This document shows positions 1 through 11,075 of a stretch of DNA of 64,000 nt, one piece after another (the stretch's first letter is position 1; each line of letters opens with the position of its first letter). The notes beneath the pieces are model-generated. The model was given only the letters and a program-made list of their open reading frames with translations, did not search any database and was not told the origin of the DNA. The position numbers and the translations under genes are program-made. Source of the stretch: Polaromonas sp. Lineage in GTDB: Bacteria; Pseudomonadota; Gammaproteobacteria; Burkholderiales; Burkholderiaceae_C. The stretch lies in assembly GCA_031390175.1 (NCBI GenBank), contig JANMTF010000195.1, forward strand, positions 12,941-76,940, read 5' to 3'.

Positions 1-608
1 TCCAGTTGCACCGGCTGTAGCACCCCGGGGCGCAGCAGCACCGGTGCGCCGCGTGTGCAGTCGATGATGCTCGACTCTATGCCCACGCTGCATGCGCCGC
101 CGTCCAGCACCGGCATGGCATCACCGAGCTCATCGCGCACATGCTGGGCGGTGGTGGGGCTGACCTTGCCGAACTTGTTGGCACTCGGCGCGGCCAGGCC
201 CATCACACCGCGCTCGGCGCAGGCGCGCAGCAGCTCTAGCGCCAAGGGGTGGGAGGGGCAGCGCAAGCCAATGGAGTTTTGCCCACCCGCGCTCGCTGCG
301 GCCACGCCCTCTTTGCGCGGCACGATGATGGTCAGCGGCCCAGGCCAGAAGGCGGCGACCAGCTTGCGGGCAAATTCGGGCATGCTGGCGGCGAAGTAGT
401 CGGCACTCGCAGTGTCTGCCACATGCACGATGAGCGGGTGGTCTGCCGGGCGGCCTTTGGCAGCAAAAATTTGCGCCACCGCAGCGTCGTTGCCAGCGTC
501 CGCTCCCAGACCATACACGGTCTCCGTAGGAAAGGCCACCAGGCCACCAGCGGCCAATATGTCAGCGCAAGCAGCTACTGAAAGCATCGTGTTCAGGCTG
601 TGCGTCAT
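1..608 (-). CDS. tsaC: L-threonylcarbamoyladenylate synthase (YrdC/Sua5 family), N-terminal part; gene runs off the window start
   Basis: Manual minus-strand translation from the ATG at 606-608 gives MTHSLNTMLSVAACADILAAGGLVAFPTETVYGLGADAGNDAAVAQIFAAKGRPADHPLIVHV...LAAPSANKFGKVSPTTAQHV, which carries classic YrdC-domain motifs. It is absent from the ORF track because it is open at the window edge. Confidence 0.8.
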   Translation of the reverse strand, partial: MTHSLNTMLSVAACADILAAGGLVAFPTETVYGLGADAGNDAAVAQIFAAKGRPADHPLIVHVADTASADYFAASMPEFARKLVAAFWPGPLTIIVPRKEGVAAASAGGQNSIGLRCPSHPLALELLRACAERGVMGLAAPSANKFGKVSPTTAQHVRDELGDAMPVLDGGACSVGIESSIIDCTRGAPVLLRPGVLQPVQL

Positions 609-657
609 GCTTTGTTTTCGGTTCACGCGGCGTGTATTTTGATGACCCGCGCCCGGC

Positions 658-1875
658 TTACGCAAACGGCACACCCAGCAACGCAGCGGCTTGCCGGGCC
701 ACGGTGCGGGCTTGCTCGGCACTGGCAGCGGTGATGTTCAGGTGCCCCATCTTGCGGCCCTTGCGGGCGTCCAGCTTGCCGTACAAATGCAAGTGGGTGC
801 CGGGCAGGGCGAGCACAGCGGCCCAGTCGGGAGCCTTGGTTTTGCCAGCGGCATCGAACCACACATCACCGAGTAAATTGAGCATGATGCTGGCCGAGTG
901 CTGGCGCGGCTGGGGCAGGGGCAGGCCGCACAGAGCGCGCACTTGCAGCTCAAACTGGCTCACATTGCAGCCGTCCATGCTCCAGTGGCCGCTGTTGTGC
1001 GGGCGCGGGGCCATCTCGTTCACGGCCAGCGGGCTGCTCTCGCTAAGCTGGCCCGCGCTGTCCTTCAATATGAAAAACTCCACGCACAGCACGCCCACGT
1101 ACTCCAAGGCCTCCGCTATGCATTGCGTAGCTGCTTGCGCACGCGCTATGAGGGCTGGTGGCAAATTATGTTCATACACCTCGCTCACTGCCAAGATCCC
1201 GTCCACATGCACATTGCGCGCCACTGGCAGCGCCACCATCTGCCCATCGGGGCCGCGCGCGACGATCACCGAGCACTCGGCAGCGAGCGCGGCAAACTGC
1301 TCCAGCACGCAGGGCACTTCTTTGAGCTGCGCCCACGCGCTGGCCAGCTCTGCGCGGCTGCTCACCTTGACTTGGCCCTTGCCGTCATAGCCCAAGGTGG
1401 CGGTTTTCAGCATGCCGGGCAGGCAGTGCTCGGGCACGGTGGCCAGGTCGCTGGCCTGCTCTATCACCCAGTAAGGCACTGGGCCCACGCCTGAGGTTTT
1501 GCCTATCTCGGCCAGCCGGGTTTTCTCCATCCTGCGGTCTTGGGCAATGGCCACGCACTCGGCGTTGGGCGCCACCGGGCGGTGCGCGCCCAGGGTCATC
1601 AGCGCGGGGGCGGGCACGTTTTCAAACTCGGTGGTGATGGCTGCGCTGCGCTGCATTAGCTGCGCCAGGCCCTGCTCGTCCAGGTAGTTGGCCGCGATGT
1701 GGTACTGGCTGACTTGGCCCGCAGGGCTGGCCGGGTCAGCGTCCAGCACCACGGTGAAGTAGCCCATGCGCTGGGCGGCCTGCACAAACATACGGCCTAG
1801 CTGGCCACCGCCCATGACCCCAAGGGTAGGCTGGCGACCATCTGCAAGTGCTGCGCCGGGAAGAATCGGTTTCAT
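658..1875 (-). CDS. purK: N5-carboxyaminoimidazole ribonucleotide synthase (ATP-grasp)
   Basis: 405 aa ORF with LGVMGGGQLGRMF glycine-rich loop and ATP-grasp-like body. It sits downstream of purE in the same orientation. Confidence 0.9.
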   Translation of the reverse strand: MKPILPGAALADGRQPTLGVMGGGQLGRMFVQAAQRMGYFTVVLDADPASPAGQVSQYHIAANYLDEQGLAQLMQRSAAITTEFENVPAPALMTLGAHRPVAPNAECVAIAQDRRMEKTRLAEIGKTSGVGPVPYWVIEQASDLATVPEHCLPGMLKTATLGYDGKGQVKVSSRAELASAWAQLKEVPCVLEQFAALAAECSVIVARGPDGQMVALPVARNVHVDGILAVSEVYEHNLPPALIARAQAATQCIAEALEYVGVLCVEFFILKDSAGQLSESSPLAVNEMAPRPHNSGHWSMDGCNVSQFELQVRALCGLPLPQPRQHSASIMLNLLGDVWFDAAGKTKAPDWAAVLALPGTHLHLYGKLDARKGRKMGHLNITAASAEQARTVARQAAALLGVPFA

Positions 1876-2042
1876 GGTGTTTTATTCGAGGTGGGTGGTT
1901 TTGGGGTTGGTGGGTGGGCTGAGGGCGAAAGCGGATTTTTTTGAACGCAGAGGGCGCAGAAGGAATACCAAAAAAGAATACCAAAAATAATTGTCTTGGA
2001 GACTGCTTTTTTTAAATCAAATAACTTTTCGTTTGTAGGTAG

Positions 2043-2660
2043 TTAACGACTCCCCATTTTGTCTTCTTTTGTCTTCTTTTGCGCCCTTTGCGTAATCTTC
2101 GCGACCTCTGCGTTCGGCTGTTCGGTATTTAAGGCTTCAGGGTGTGCCGCCTGCACCATTGGCAACACGCTGGCACGCGCAATTTCGGTCTGTTTAGCAC
2201 GGAAAGCGTCCAACTTAGCCCGCAGCGCTGCATCGTGGCTGGCCAGCATGGCAATAGCAAACAGCGCCGCATTGGCCGCCCCGGCTGCGCCGATGGCAAA
2301 GGTGGCTACGGGCACGCCTTTGGGCATTTGCACAATGCTGTGCAGCGAGTCTACGCCCGAGAGGTGTTTGGACGCGACTGGCACGCCCAGCACGGGCACG
2401 GTGGTTTTGGCCGCCAGCATGCCCGGCAAATGCGCCGCGCCGCCTGCGCCTGCGATGATGGCTACCAGTCCGCGCCCGGCGGCGGCCTCGGCGTAGGCGA
2501 ACATATCGTCGGGCATGCGGTGCGCCGAAACCACGCGGGCCTCGTGGGGGATGCCAAAATCGGTCAAAATCTGCACCGCGTGCTGCATGGTATCCCAGTC
2601 CGAGCTGGAACCCATCAGTACACCGATGAAAATGCGAGAATCTGTAGGCTGTTGTGTCAT
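2043..2660 (-). CDS. purE: N5-carboxyaminoimidazole ribonucleotide mutase with a ~40 aa low-complexity C-terminal tail
   Basis: Contains [17 protein letters not shown]...VVSAHRMPD...[28 protein letters not shown], the canonical PurE core. The tail ...[23 protein letters not shown] is encoded by repeat-like DNA. Confidence 0.9.
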   Translation of the reverse strand: MTQQPTDSRIFIGVLMGSSSDWDTMQHAVQILTDFGIPHEARVVSAHRMPDDMFAYAEAAAGRGLVAIIAGAGGAAHLPGMLAAKTTVPVLGVPVASKHLSGVDSLHSIVQMPKGVPVATFAIGAAGAANAALFAIAMLASHDAALRAKLDAFRAKQTEIARASVLPMVQAAHPEALNTEQPNAEVAKITQRAQKKTKEDKMGSR

Positions 2661-2714
2661 AGCTTGGATTCTACGTTTTCGTCCGCCCGTATTACCGCCT
2701 TACTAAAAACCACC

Positions 2715-3608
2715 ATGATCGAAGCCACCGTCCAAAATTTTGAAGCCGAGGTGATCCAAGCCTCCATGACCGTCCCCGTGCTGGTGGACTTTTGGGCCCC
2801 GTGGTGCGCGCCCTGCAAGTCCCTCGGCCCGATTTTGGAGAAGCTGGAACTGGCGTACGCCGGGCGCTTTAAGCTGGTGAAGATCGACTCGGACCAAGAG
2901 CAGCAAATCTCCCAAGCCTTTGGCATTCGCAGCATCCCCACGTGTGTGCTGCTCATCAACGGCCAGCCCGCCGACGGCTTTACCGGTGCGCTACCTGAGA
3001 GCAAAGTGCGCGAGTTTTTAGACAAGCATGTACCCCCTGCGCTGGAAGAACCCGAGCTGCTAGAAGAAGAGCCCCTGGTGCCCGGCAGCCTAGAAGCCAT
3101 CGCCGTGCTGCGCGAAGCCGTGGCTCTGGCCCCCGACAACGACGAAGCCCGCTTTGACTTGCTGCGCAGCCTGCTGCAAGCCGGCCTGGACGACGATGCC
3201 AAAGTAGCCCTGGCCCCGGTCATGCCAAAAATCAGCACGAACCGCAAGTTCGATGCCGCGCAGCGCATCTTGAACGCGATGGATTTCGCAGCGGGCCACG
3301 CAGACTACACAGCCGCCACAGCCGAGTGCGCAGCCAAAATCGCCACCAACAAGCGCGATTTTGAGGCCCGCTTTGCCCTGGCCCAGCTGCACATAGGCCA
3401 ACGCCAGTGGACCCTGGCGATGGACGAGCTGCTGGAGATTTTGATGCGCGACAAAACCTGGGCCGAAGAAAAAGCGCGCAAAACCTACGTCGCTATTTTA
3501 GAAATCATCGAGCCGCCCAAGGTCAAAGTAGCCGACGGCCAAATCCCGCCGCAAGACCCCACGGTAGCCACCTACCGCAGACGGCTCAGCTCGGTGGTGC
3601 TGAGTTGA
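2715..3608 (+). CDS. Thioredoxin-domain protein with C-terminal TPR-like domain (YbbN/CnoX-like co-chaperone)
   Basis: Internal ATG at 2715 of the 2142..3608 ORF gives MIEATVQNFEAEVIQASMTVPVLVDFWAPWCAPCKSLGPILEKLE. This is a thioredoxin fold with a WCAPC motif followed by a helical repeat region. The upstream part of the long ORF is antisense to purE. Confidence 0.8.
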   Translation: MIEATVQNFEAEVIQASMTVPVLVDFWAPWCAPCKSLGPILEKLELAYAGRFKLVKIDSDQEQQISQAFGIRSIPTCVLLINGQPADGFTGALPESKVREFLDKHVPPALEEPELLEEEPLVPGSLEAIAVLREAVALAPDNDEARFDLLRSLLQAGLDDDAKVALAPVMPKISTNRKFDAAQRILNAMDFAAGHADYTAATAECAAKIATNKRDFEARFALAQLHIGQRQWTLAMDELLEILMRDKTWAEEKARKTYVAILEIIEPPKVKVADGQIPPQDPTVATYRRRLSSVVLS

Positions 3609-3639
3609 GCTGAACAAATTTGTGGTCACGAATTTGGGT

Positions 3640-3860
3640 TGCGGCTAGCAGTGTCCTAGATCTGGAGTCACTCCCCGCAATAAGGCTGCAGACCAATAGA
3701 ATGATGCGGGAGAAGCTCCTGTATATGTAGCGTCTTGCAGGGAGCCTGCGGGTGCGCGCAGGGGCCTCCAGGGGCATACGAGCCCATTCGAGGGCATCCA
3801 AGCGCATCCAAACGGCCAAGACCACGCCTGCGCTGCCCAGTGGCGCGTTCGAGCGGTGCT
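3640..3860 (-). repeat. Degenerate solo half-copy (right-arm type) of the foldback repeat found at 7551-8270 and 8716-9297
   Basis: 3684-3732 reads GGCTGCAGACCAATAGAATGATGCGGGAGAAGCTCCTGTATATGTAGCG. This closely matches 8072-8120 and 9108-9157. The flanking GCGCAGG...CGTTCGAGCG stretch resembles the outer arm of those elements. Confidence 0.6.
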
Positions 3861-3966
3861 CATCCATTGGCCAGCAGGCGCGGCCAGCGATCCGGGTCGA
3901 CTACACAGGGCTGGGGACGGCTCCACCCAGCCATGCGGCCTGCCGCCTTCAGCGACGTGTGGCGTG

Positions 3967-3992
3967 CTAGTCCATTTGTGCAATGTACTAAT
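3967..3992 (+). promoter_or_regulatory. Conserved 26-nt motif copy 1 (CTAGTCCATTTGTGCAATGTACTAAT), 79 nt upstream of the 4046 start codon
   Basis: A near-identical motif recurs at 5026-5054, at almost the same distance (83 nt) from the 5109 start codon. Confidence 0.45.
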
Positions 3993-4045
3993 CGAACTAG
4001 GGAGATTAGATTCCACTTCCATACACATAAAAAGCAAAAACAATC

Positions 4046-4366
4046 ATGTCGTCCATGCCCACCTTTGATCATCTGCACAGCGCCATTGGGCAAGACTGGC
4101 ATATCCATGACGGTGCGCTGCATGTGGAGCAGGTCAAGATTGCCCAGGTGCAGGCAAGCAGGGCCATGAGCGCGCAGCACACGGCTTTTCACCTGACCGT
4201 AGAGATGCCTGTGGGCACTTATGGCGAGCAAGGCATTTACTCCCTGGTGGCCCCCGACGGCCAGGCCTGGTCTATTTTTATGAGCCCCGGCGCACCCTCG
4301 GCCGCTGGCCAGGCCCGCTTGCAGGCCTCTTTCAGTTACCCCAAAGCGTTGGCCACCGCTGCATAG
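4046..4366 (+). CDS. Small hypothetical protein (106 aa), first gene of the tail-collar/collagen-like cluster
   Basis: ATG-initiated ORF with no signal peptide, located 51 nt upstream of the tail-collar gene. I could not assign a family from the sequence alone. Confidence 0.55.
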   Translation: MSSMPTFDHLHSAIGQDWHIHDGALHVEQVKIAQVQASRAMSAQHTAFHLTVEMPVGTYGEQGIYSLVAPDGQAWSIFMSPGAPSAAGQARLQASFSYPKALATAA

Positions 4367-4417
4367 CCAAAGTGGTTAGTTCAGTCTCTTTTTAACTTTT
4401 TATAAAGGAAAAATCTC

Positions 4418-4981
4418 ATGGATCCGTTTCTTGGCGAAATCAAAATGGTCGGCTTTAACTTTGCGCCCAAAGGCTATGCCTTGTGCAACGGCGCGATCAT
4501 GTCGATTCAACAAAACTCCGCGTTGTTCGCCCTGCTAGGCACCACATTCGGTGGTGACGGCATCAACACCTTCGGGCTGCCTGACTACCGCGGCCGTGGC
4601 CCTGTCGGCATGGGACAAGGGCAAGGCTTGTCTGCGCCCATCCTGCAAGGCGAGCGGGCCGGTTTTGAAAGCGTCACGCTGACGCAGGGCAACTTGCCGA
4701 CCCACACCCATGCAGCAACCACAGCGGGCTTGTCTGCCAGCCCGGCAGCTACTACGGCGGGCGGCGGCCCTTCGCCCACTGGTGCAATTTTTGCCAGCCC
4801 CGCTGCGGGCGATTCTTTTGCATTGCCTGCCGCCGGCGATGTCACCATGGCCGCCATACCCGTCACGGGCACGGTCACCATCCTCCCCGCCGGTTCCAGC
4901 CAGCCAGTAGGCGTGCGCAACCCCTACCTGGGCACCAACTTTGTGATCGCGACAGAAGGCGTTTACCCGTCGCGCAACTAA
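4418..4981 (+). CDS. Phage tail-collar domain protein (MdpB-type, microcystin-dependent-protein family)
   Basis: MDPFLGEIKMVGFNFAPKGYALCNGAIMSIQQNSALFALLGTTFGGDGINTFGLPDYRGR...LTQGNLPTHTHA is the textbook Phage_Tail_Collar N-terminal signature. An AGGAAA RBS-like sequence lies upstream. Confidence 0.85.
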   Translation: MDPFLGEIKMVGFNFAPKGYALCNGAIMSIQQNSALFALLGTTFGGDGINTFGLPDYRGRGPVGMGQGQGLSAPILQGERAGFESVTLTQGNLPTHTHAATTAGLSASPAATTAGGGPSPTGAIFASPAAGDSFALPAAGDVTMAAIPVTGTVTILPAGSSQPVGVRNPYLGTNFVIATEGVYPSRN

Positions 4982-5025
4982 GCAATTTCTGCGCCGCCAG
5001 CCTGGACGGGTGGCGGTGTTGTCCA

Positions 5026-7385
<2,360 letters not shown>

Positions 7386-7532
7386 ATGGATAAATGGGGG
7401 CAGATTACATTTAATTTTCTGGCCTTCATTGATGCCCTGGTCACTCTTTATGCCATAGCCGCCTTATTCCACAGCCGCCTGGGCATGTTTTCAGATCGCT
7501 GCAGCACCATCAGCGTTTACTGCTGTTACTGA
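7386..7532 (+). CDS. Candidate 48-aa single-pass membrane micro-protein, start abutting the collagen-like gene stop (TAAATG)
   Basis: Manual translation gives MDKWGQITFNFLAFIDALVTLYAIAALFHSRLGMFSDRCSTISVYCCY, with a hydrophobic helix and a Cys-rich tail. It is below the ORF-track size cutoff. There is no independent coding evidence. Confidence 0.3.
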   Translation: MDKWGQITFNFLAFIDALVTLYAIAALFHSRLGMFSDRCSTISVYCCY

Positions 7533-7550
7533 CAATAACTTCTCGCCATT

Positions 7551-8270
7551 CCCCCCGAGCTGGTCGTCAGGTTCGTGAAGGCTTGCGCCTTCGGGCAAGC
7601 TCAGGACAGGCCATGCTCGGCCCGAACGGAGTCGCATGCGCTTAAACACGCTCGAACGGCGTGAATAGACTTGGGAGCACCTGCGCACAACTGCCTACCC
7701 AACTCAGAACGCTACACATACAGTAGCTGCTCCCGCATCATTCCAAAGGGCTGCAGCTCTATTGCTATTCTAAAAAGAGCCTCCAACCCGGCATTTTCAG
7801 GCTTTTTACTGTCCCGCAGGCCATTTGCATCGGCTGGGAGGGCGTTAAGTTATGCGAATTTGCTAACTACGCATAATGGCGCAAGAAAAAACGCAAAAAA
7901 AGTGCCAATTTTTCGTTAAATAATGCACGAATAAAACCAAAAATTAGGCAAAATTTGTTGCGGTACATAAATTCGCATAATTTAAGGACTTTTCAAAACC
8001 TGCAAAACCCGCACCAAGCCAGAAAACGCTTCCCAATTGCCCGTTTGGAGCCCTTTTTAAGATACTAATATGGCTGCAGCCCAATAGAATGATGCGGGAG
8101 CAGCTACTGTATGTGTAGCGCATACCAACTGGCACGCAGGCGCTTTGCGGCCCATCCCGCAAATAAGCGCCTACGGGTCTACTGCGTTGTGGCTGCGCTT
8201 GACCTGTTCTGAGCTTGCCCCCAGGGTTGACGCAGTTGCGAACCCAACGACCAACTCAGGGTGAACGGGG
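7551..8270. mobile_element. Non-coding foldback (MITE-like) element, copy 1, ~720 bp with long imperfect inverted arms
   Basis: The left arm CGCTACACATACAGTAGCTGCTCCCGCATCATT... (7710 onward) is the reverse complement of the right arm ...AATGATGCGGGAGCAGCTACTGTATGTGTAGCG (to 8120). The outer arms also pair (CCTGTCCTGAGCTTGCCCGAAGG-type). About 85-90% identical by eye to copy 2. I saw no credible ORF. Confidence 0.7.
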
Positions 8271-8362
8271 TTGATCGGCATGCATTTGTTTGCGGGATTG
8301 GCAATGCATAAAATTTGGGCATAACCAGTAAAGCAGCCGGGTCAATATTCAATCGGCGCTGA

Positions 8363-8599
8363 CAAGACGCAGACGCGCGCATCGCCAAGTCCCACAAACT
8401 CAAGCAAGATGCGGCTATGGCGATTGCCCAATGGATGCAGCCTGAATAGCTCACCCAAGTGGCAGCTGCTGAAATTTTGGATGTATCCAGGCCGCGTGTT
8501 TCAGATTTGGTTAATGCAAAGCTAGGCCGTTTTTTACTGGATACGCTGGTAGGTTTGCTGCTGCGAACCGGCAAGAGCGTGGAGCTGGTGGTGCATTGA
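8363..8599 (+). pseudogene. Remnant of an XRE/HTH-type antitoxin (HigA/HTH_37-like) with an in-frame TAG at 8447-8449 and a truncated N-terminus
   Basis: Manual translation gives ...RIAKSHKLKQDAAMAIAQWMQPE*LTQVAAAEILDVSRPRVSDLVNAKLGRFLLDTLVGLLLRTGKSVELVVH*. LTQ..AAE.L.VS.P.VS.L..GK...F.LDTL is the typical HTH core. No toxin partner is adjacent. Confidence 0.6.
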
Positions 8600-8715
8600 G
8601 TTTGCCGACAAGATCCGCTGCAGACTCCCAGAGCGCCTTGGATGGGTCTGAAACTCCTGATTTCATTGCTTCTTCTGCATATTTCTAAAATGCTAACCAA
8701 TGGATAGGCTTGCAA

Positions 8716-9297
8716 GCGCTTACGCACAGCTGCCTACCCAATTCAGAACGCTACACATACAGTAGCTGCTCCCGCAATACTCTATTGGGCTGCAACCCTA
8801 TGGTTATTATAAAAAGAGCCTCAATCTCGGCATTTTCGGGTTTTTTACCGGTCCGCAGGCCATTTGCACCGGCTGGGAGGGCGTTAAATTATGCGAATTG
8901 GCTAAATACGCATAATGGCACAAGAAAAAACCGCCAAAATGCCTAATTTTCGTTAAATAATGCACGAATATTGTCATAAATCCGGCCAAATCCATGGAGG
9001 CACATAAATTCGCATAACTTAAGGACTTTCCAAAGTCTACAAAGCCCGCACCGAGCCAGAAAATGCTTCCAAATTGCCTGTTTGGGGCCTATATTAAGAT
9101 ACTAATTGGGCTGCAGCCCAATAGAATAATGCGGAAGCAACTATTGTATATGTAGCGCATGAAAACTGGTACGCAGGCGCTTTGTGGCGCATCCCACAGA
9201 TCAGCGCCTACGGGTCCACTGCGTTGGGGCTGAACATGGCCTGTCCTGAGCTTGCCCGAGGGCCGGCTGCCTTGCGAACGCTCAGGCTGGCTCAGAG
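8716..9297. mobile_element. Non-coding foldback (MITE-like) element, copy 2, in direct orientation to copy 1 and lacking most of the left outer arm
   Basis: 8749-8798 and 9108-9157 are inverted copies of the same terminal core. The interior (GGCGTTAAATTATGCGAATT...CGTTAAATAATGCACGAAT...ACATAAATTCGCATAA) is collinear with copy 1. Confidence 0.7.
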
Positions 9298-9332
9298 TGA
9301 TCAAAGAGCGCCTATTTTCAGGAACAGCCAGA

Positions 9333-10262
9333 CTAGCCGCCATTGATGTTGCCGTCGCGCTGCTGCTGCTGCTGCTGATGGGGCTGCGGTGCACGTGCAC
9401 GCTGCTCGGGGGCGGGGGCATAGACCTCGCCACTGGACGAGCGCAGGGCGCTGCCCTCTACGGTAACTTTGCTGCCTACGGCGGGCGCGCTGGCTTGCTC
9501 CAGGGTGCGGCTGGAGCCGTCTTGCATGCGCACGCGCACTTGGTAGATGGTGTCTTTTTTGATGTTTTTCTCTACCGCGTTGCCGGCCCAGCCGCCGCCT
9601 ACCGCGCCTAGCACTGTGGCTGCTGTGCGGCCGTTGCCATTGCCTACCTGGTTGCCTACAACCGCGCCCAGCACGCCGCCAGCCACCATGCCCACGCCGC
9701 TGCCCTTGCCGGGGCGGGTGACGGGGGTGACAGCTTCGATGGTGCCGCAGCTGGCGCAAATGGGCTTGGCTTGTACCGGGGCTTGGGCGGTGGCTTGGGC
9801 GGTGGTTGGTGCAGCGGCTTGCCCGGCCGGTGCTTGTGTGCTAGTGGCTGGGGGAGCTTTGCCGTAAGCCGCAGGTGCGTTGGCTTGTGCAGGCGCTGGC
9901 TGGGCAGCGGCGTTAGTCGGTTTGATCTGGGCCTTGGCTACCGCAGGTTTGGCGGCATTTTTAGCTGCTGCTTGCGAGCGGCTCTGTGGGGTTTCAGAGG
10001 GGTTTTCTATGGGCTTGCCGTCGGCAGACTCGGTGATCATGGCACCAGTACCCACGCCTGCAAACCGCATGGCATTGAAGCTGCCCGCACTAGGGTCGAC
10101 TGAGCGTTTGTGGATCGACACCAGGCTGGCTCCCATGGCCAGCACGCACATGCCCAGCACGCCGATGATGGCCCACAGAGGCTTGGTGGGTGAGGGCGCA
10201 CTGGGGCTCAAACCGCTGGCGTTGGGGGTACCCGCATTGGGGTAAGACATGGCTGTGTTCAT
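9333..10262 (-). CDS. Membrane-anchored glycine-zipper protein (SlyB / 17 kDa surface-antigen-like) with Ala/Pro/Gln-rich linker and poly-Gln C-terminus
   Basis: Start chosen at MNTAMSYP, with an AAGGGA RBS-like sequence 7 nt upstream. It has a TM segment LWAIIGVLGMCVLAMGASLV and a glycine zipper GVGMVAGGVLGAVVGNQVGNGNGRTAATVLGAVGGGWAGN. Confidence 0.75.
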   Translation of the reverse strand: MNTAMSYPNAGTPNASGLSPSAPSPTKPLWAIIGVLGMCVLAMGASLVSIHKRSVDPSAGSFNAMRFAGVGTGAMITESADGKPIENPSETPQSRSQAAAKNAAKPAVAKAQIKPTNAAAQPAPAQANAPAAYGKAPPATSTQAPAGQAAAPTTAQATAQAPVQAKPICASCGTIEAVTPVTRPGKGSGVGMVAGGVLGAVVGNQVGNGNGRTAATVLGAVGGGWAGNAVEKNIKKDTIYQVRVRMQDGSSRTLEQASAPAVGSKVTVEGSALRSSSGEVYAPAPEQRARAPQPHQQQQQQRDGNINGG

Positions 10263-10496
10263 AAAGAGTCCCTTTCTGTCGCGCCGCGACGGCGCAGTGT
10301 GCATGGGCTGTTCAACGCCCGTGCAGACAGCAAGGTACACAACTTTGTGCAAAGCAAGATGTGCGCTTTGTAACCCGGGGTAAAGCCTGGCAGAGACAGG
10401 CTAAAGCGTGACGCGCTGGGGGCGTGATGGGCGGGGCTGAATGCGCGGCTAAAAGCTGGGATAGTGTGCAGCAGAAGGTGCCGCTGACTGCGCAGC

Positions 10497-11054
10497 TCAG
10501 TGCCCGGCAAAATCAACCAGGGTAAAGAGTGGCAAGCCTGCGGCGCGCAATTTGTCCGAGCCGTGTAGCTCGGGCAAATCCACTATGGCAGCGCCCTCCA
10601 TGACGGTGGCACCTAGTTTTTCGAGCAGTTTTTTGCCCGCCATCATGGTGCCGCCGGTGGCAATCAGGTCGTCAATCAGCAGCACACGCTGGCCGGGGTG
10701 TACGGCGTCGGTGTGCAGCTCTACCGTGGCGCTGCCGTATTCGAGCTCATAGGTTTCTTCAATGGTGGTAAATGGCAGCTTGCCTTTTTTACGTATAGGT
10801 ACAAATCCGACGTTGAGTTCATAGGCCACTACGGCGCCCAAAATAAAGCCGCGCGCGTCCAGCCCGGCCACCACATCGGGGCGCAGGGCGGGGTCCATGT
10901 AGCGGTGTACAAAGGCGTCGATCAGCACGCGAAACACGCGGGGGTTTTGCAAGAGGGGGGTGATGTCACGAAACTGCACGCCGGGCGCGGGCCAGTCGGG
11001 CACCGTGCGAATGTGGCTGCGCAGGTAGTCGGTAACGGCGGGGGCGGTCAGCAT
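10497..11054 (-). CDS. apt: Adenine phosphoribosyltransferase
   Basis: 185 aa. It contains [21 protein letters not shown] and the PRPP-binding motif [13 protein letters not shown]. Confidence 0.92.
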   Translation of the reverse strand: MLTAPAVTDYLRSHIRTVPDWPAPGVQFRDITPLLQNPRVFRVLIDAFVHRYMDPALRPDVVAGLDARGFILGAVVAYELNVGFVPIRKKGKLPFTTIEETYELEYGSATVELHTDAVHPGQRVLLIDDLIATGGTMMAGKKLLEKLGATVMEGAAIVDLPELHGSDKLRAAGLPLFTLVDFAGH

Positions 11055-11075
11055 ATTGCGTGGGACAAATGAGGC

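Noticed and set aside
2142-2714. N-terminal 190 codons of the 2142..3608 ORF
   Set aside because: This part is antisense to purE and has no thioredoxin-family similarity. The conserved protein begins at the ATG at 2715.
3645-4231. Stack of overlapping 70-144 aa ORFs on both strands at the left edge of the island
   Set aside because: They are mutually exclusive and repeat-derived, with no family resemblance or RBS. I treated the region as non-coding repeat DNA.
8179-8727. 182-aa minus-strand ORF between the foldback copies
   Set aside because: The composition is unremarkable. The plus strand carries the recognisable HTH antitoxin remnant, so the minus ORF is its antisense shadow.
7671-9433. 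ORFs 7671..7919, 7944..8162, 8710..8946 and 9089..9433 with mutually similar peptides (…RYTYSSCSRIILLGC…)
   Set aside because: They are translations of the inverted arms of the foldback elements. The same DNA read in mirror orientation explains the similarity, so there is no independent coding signal.
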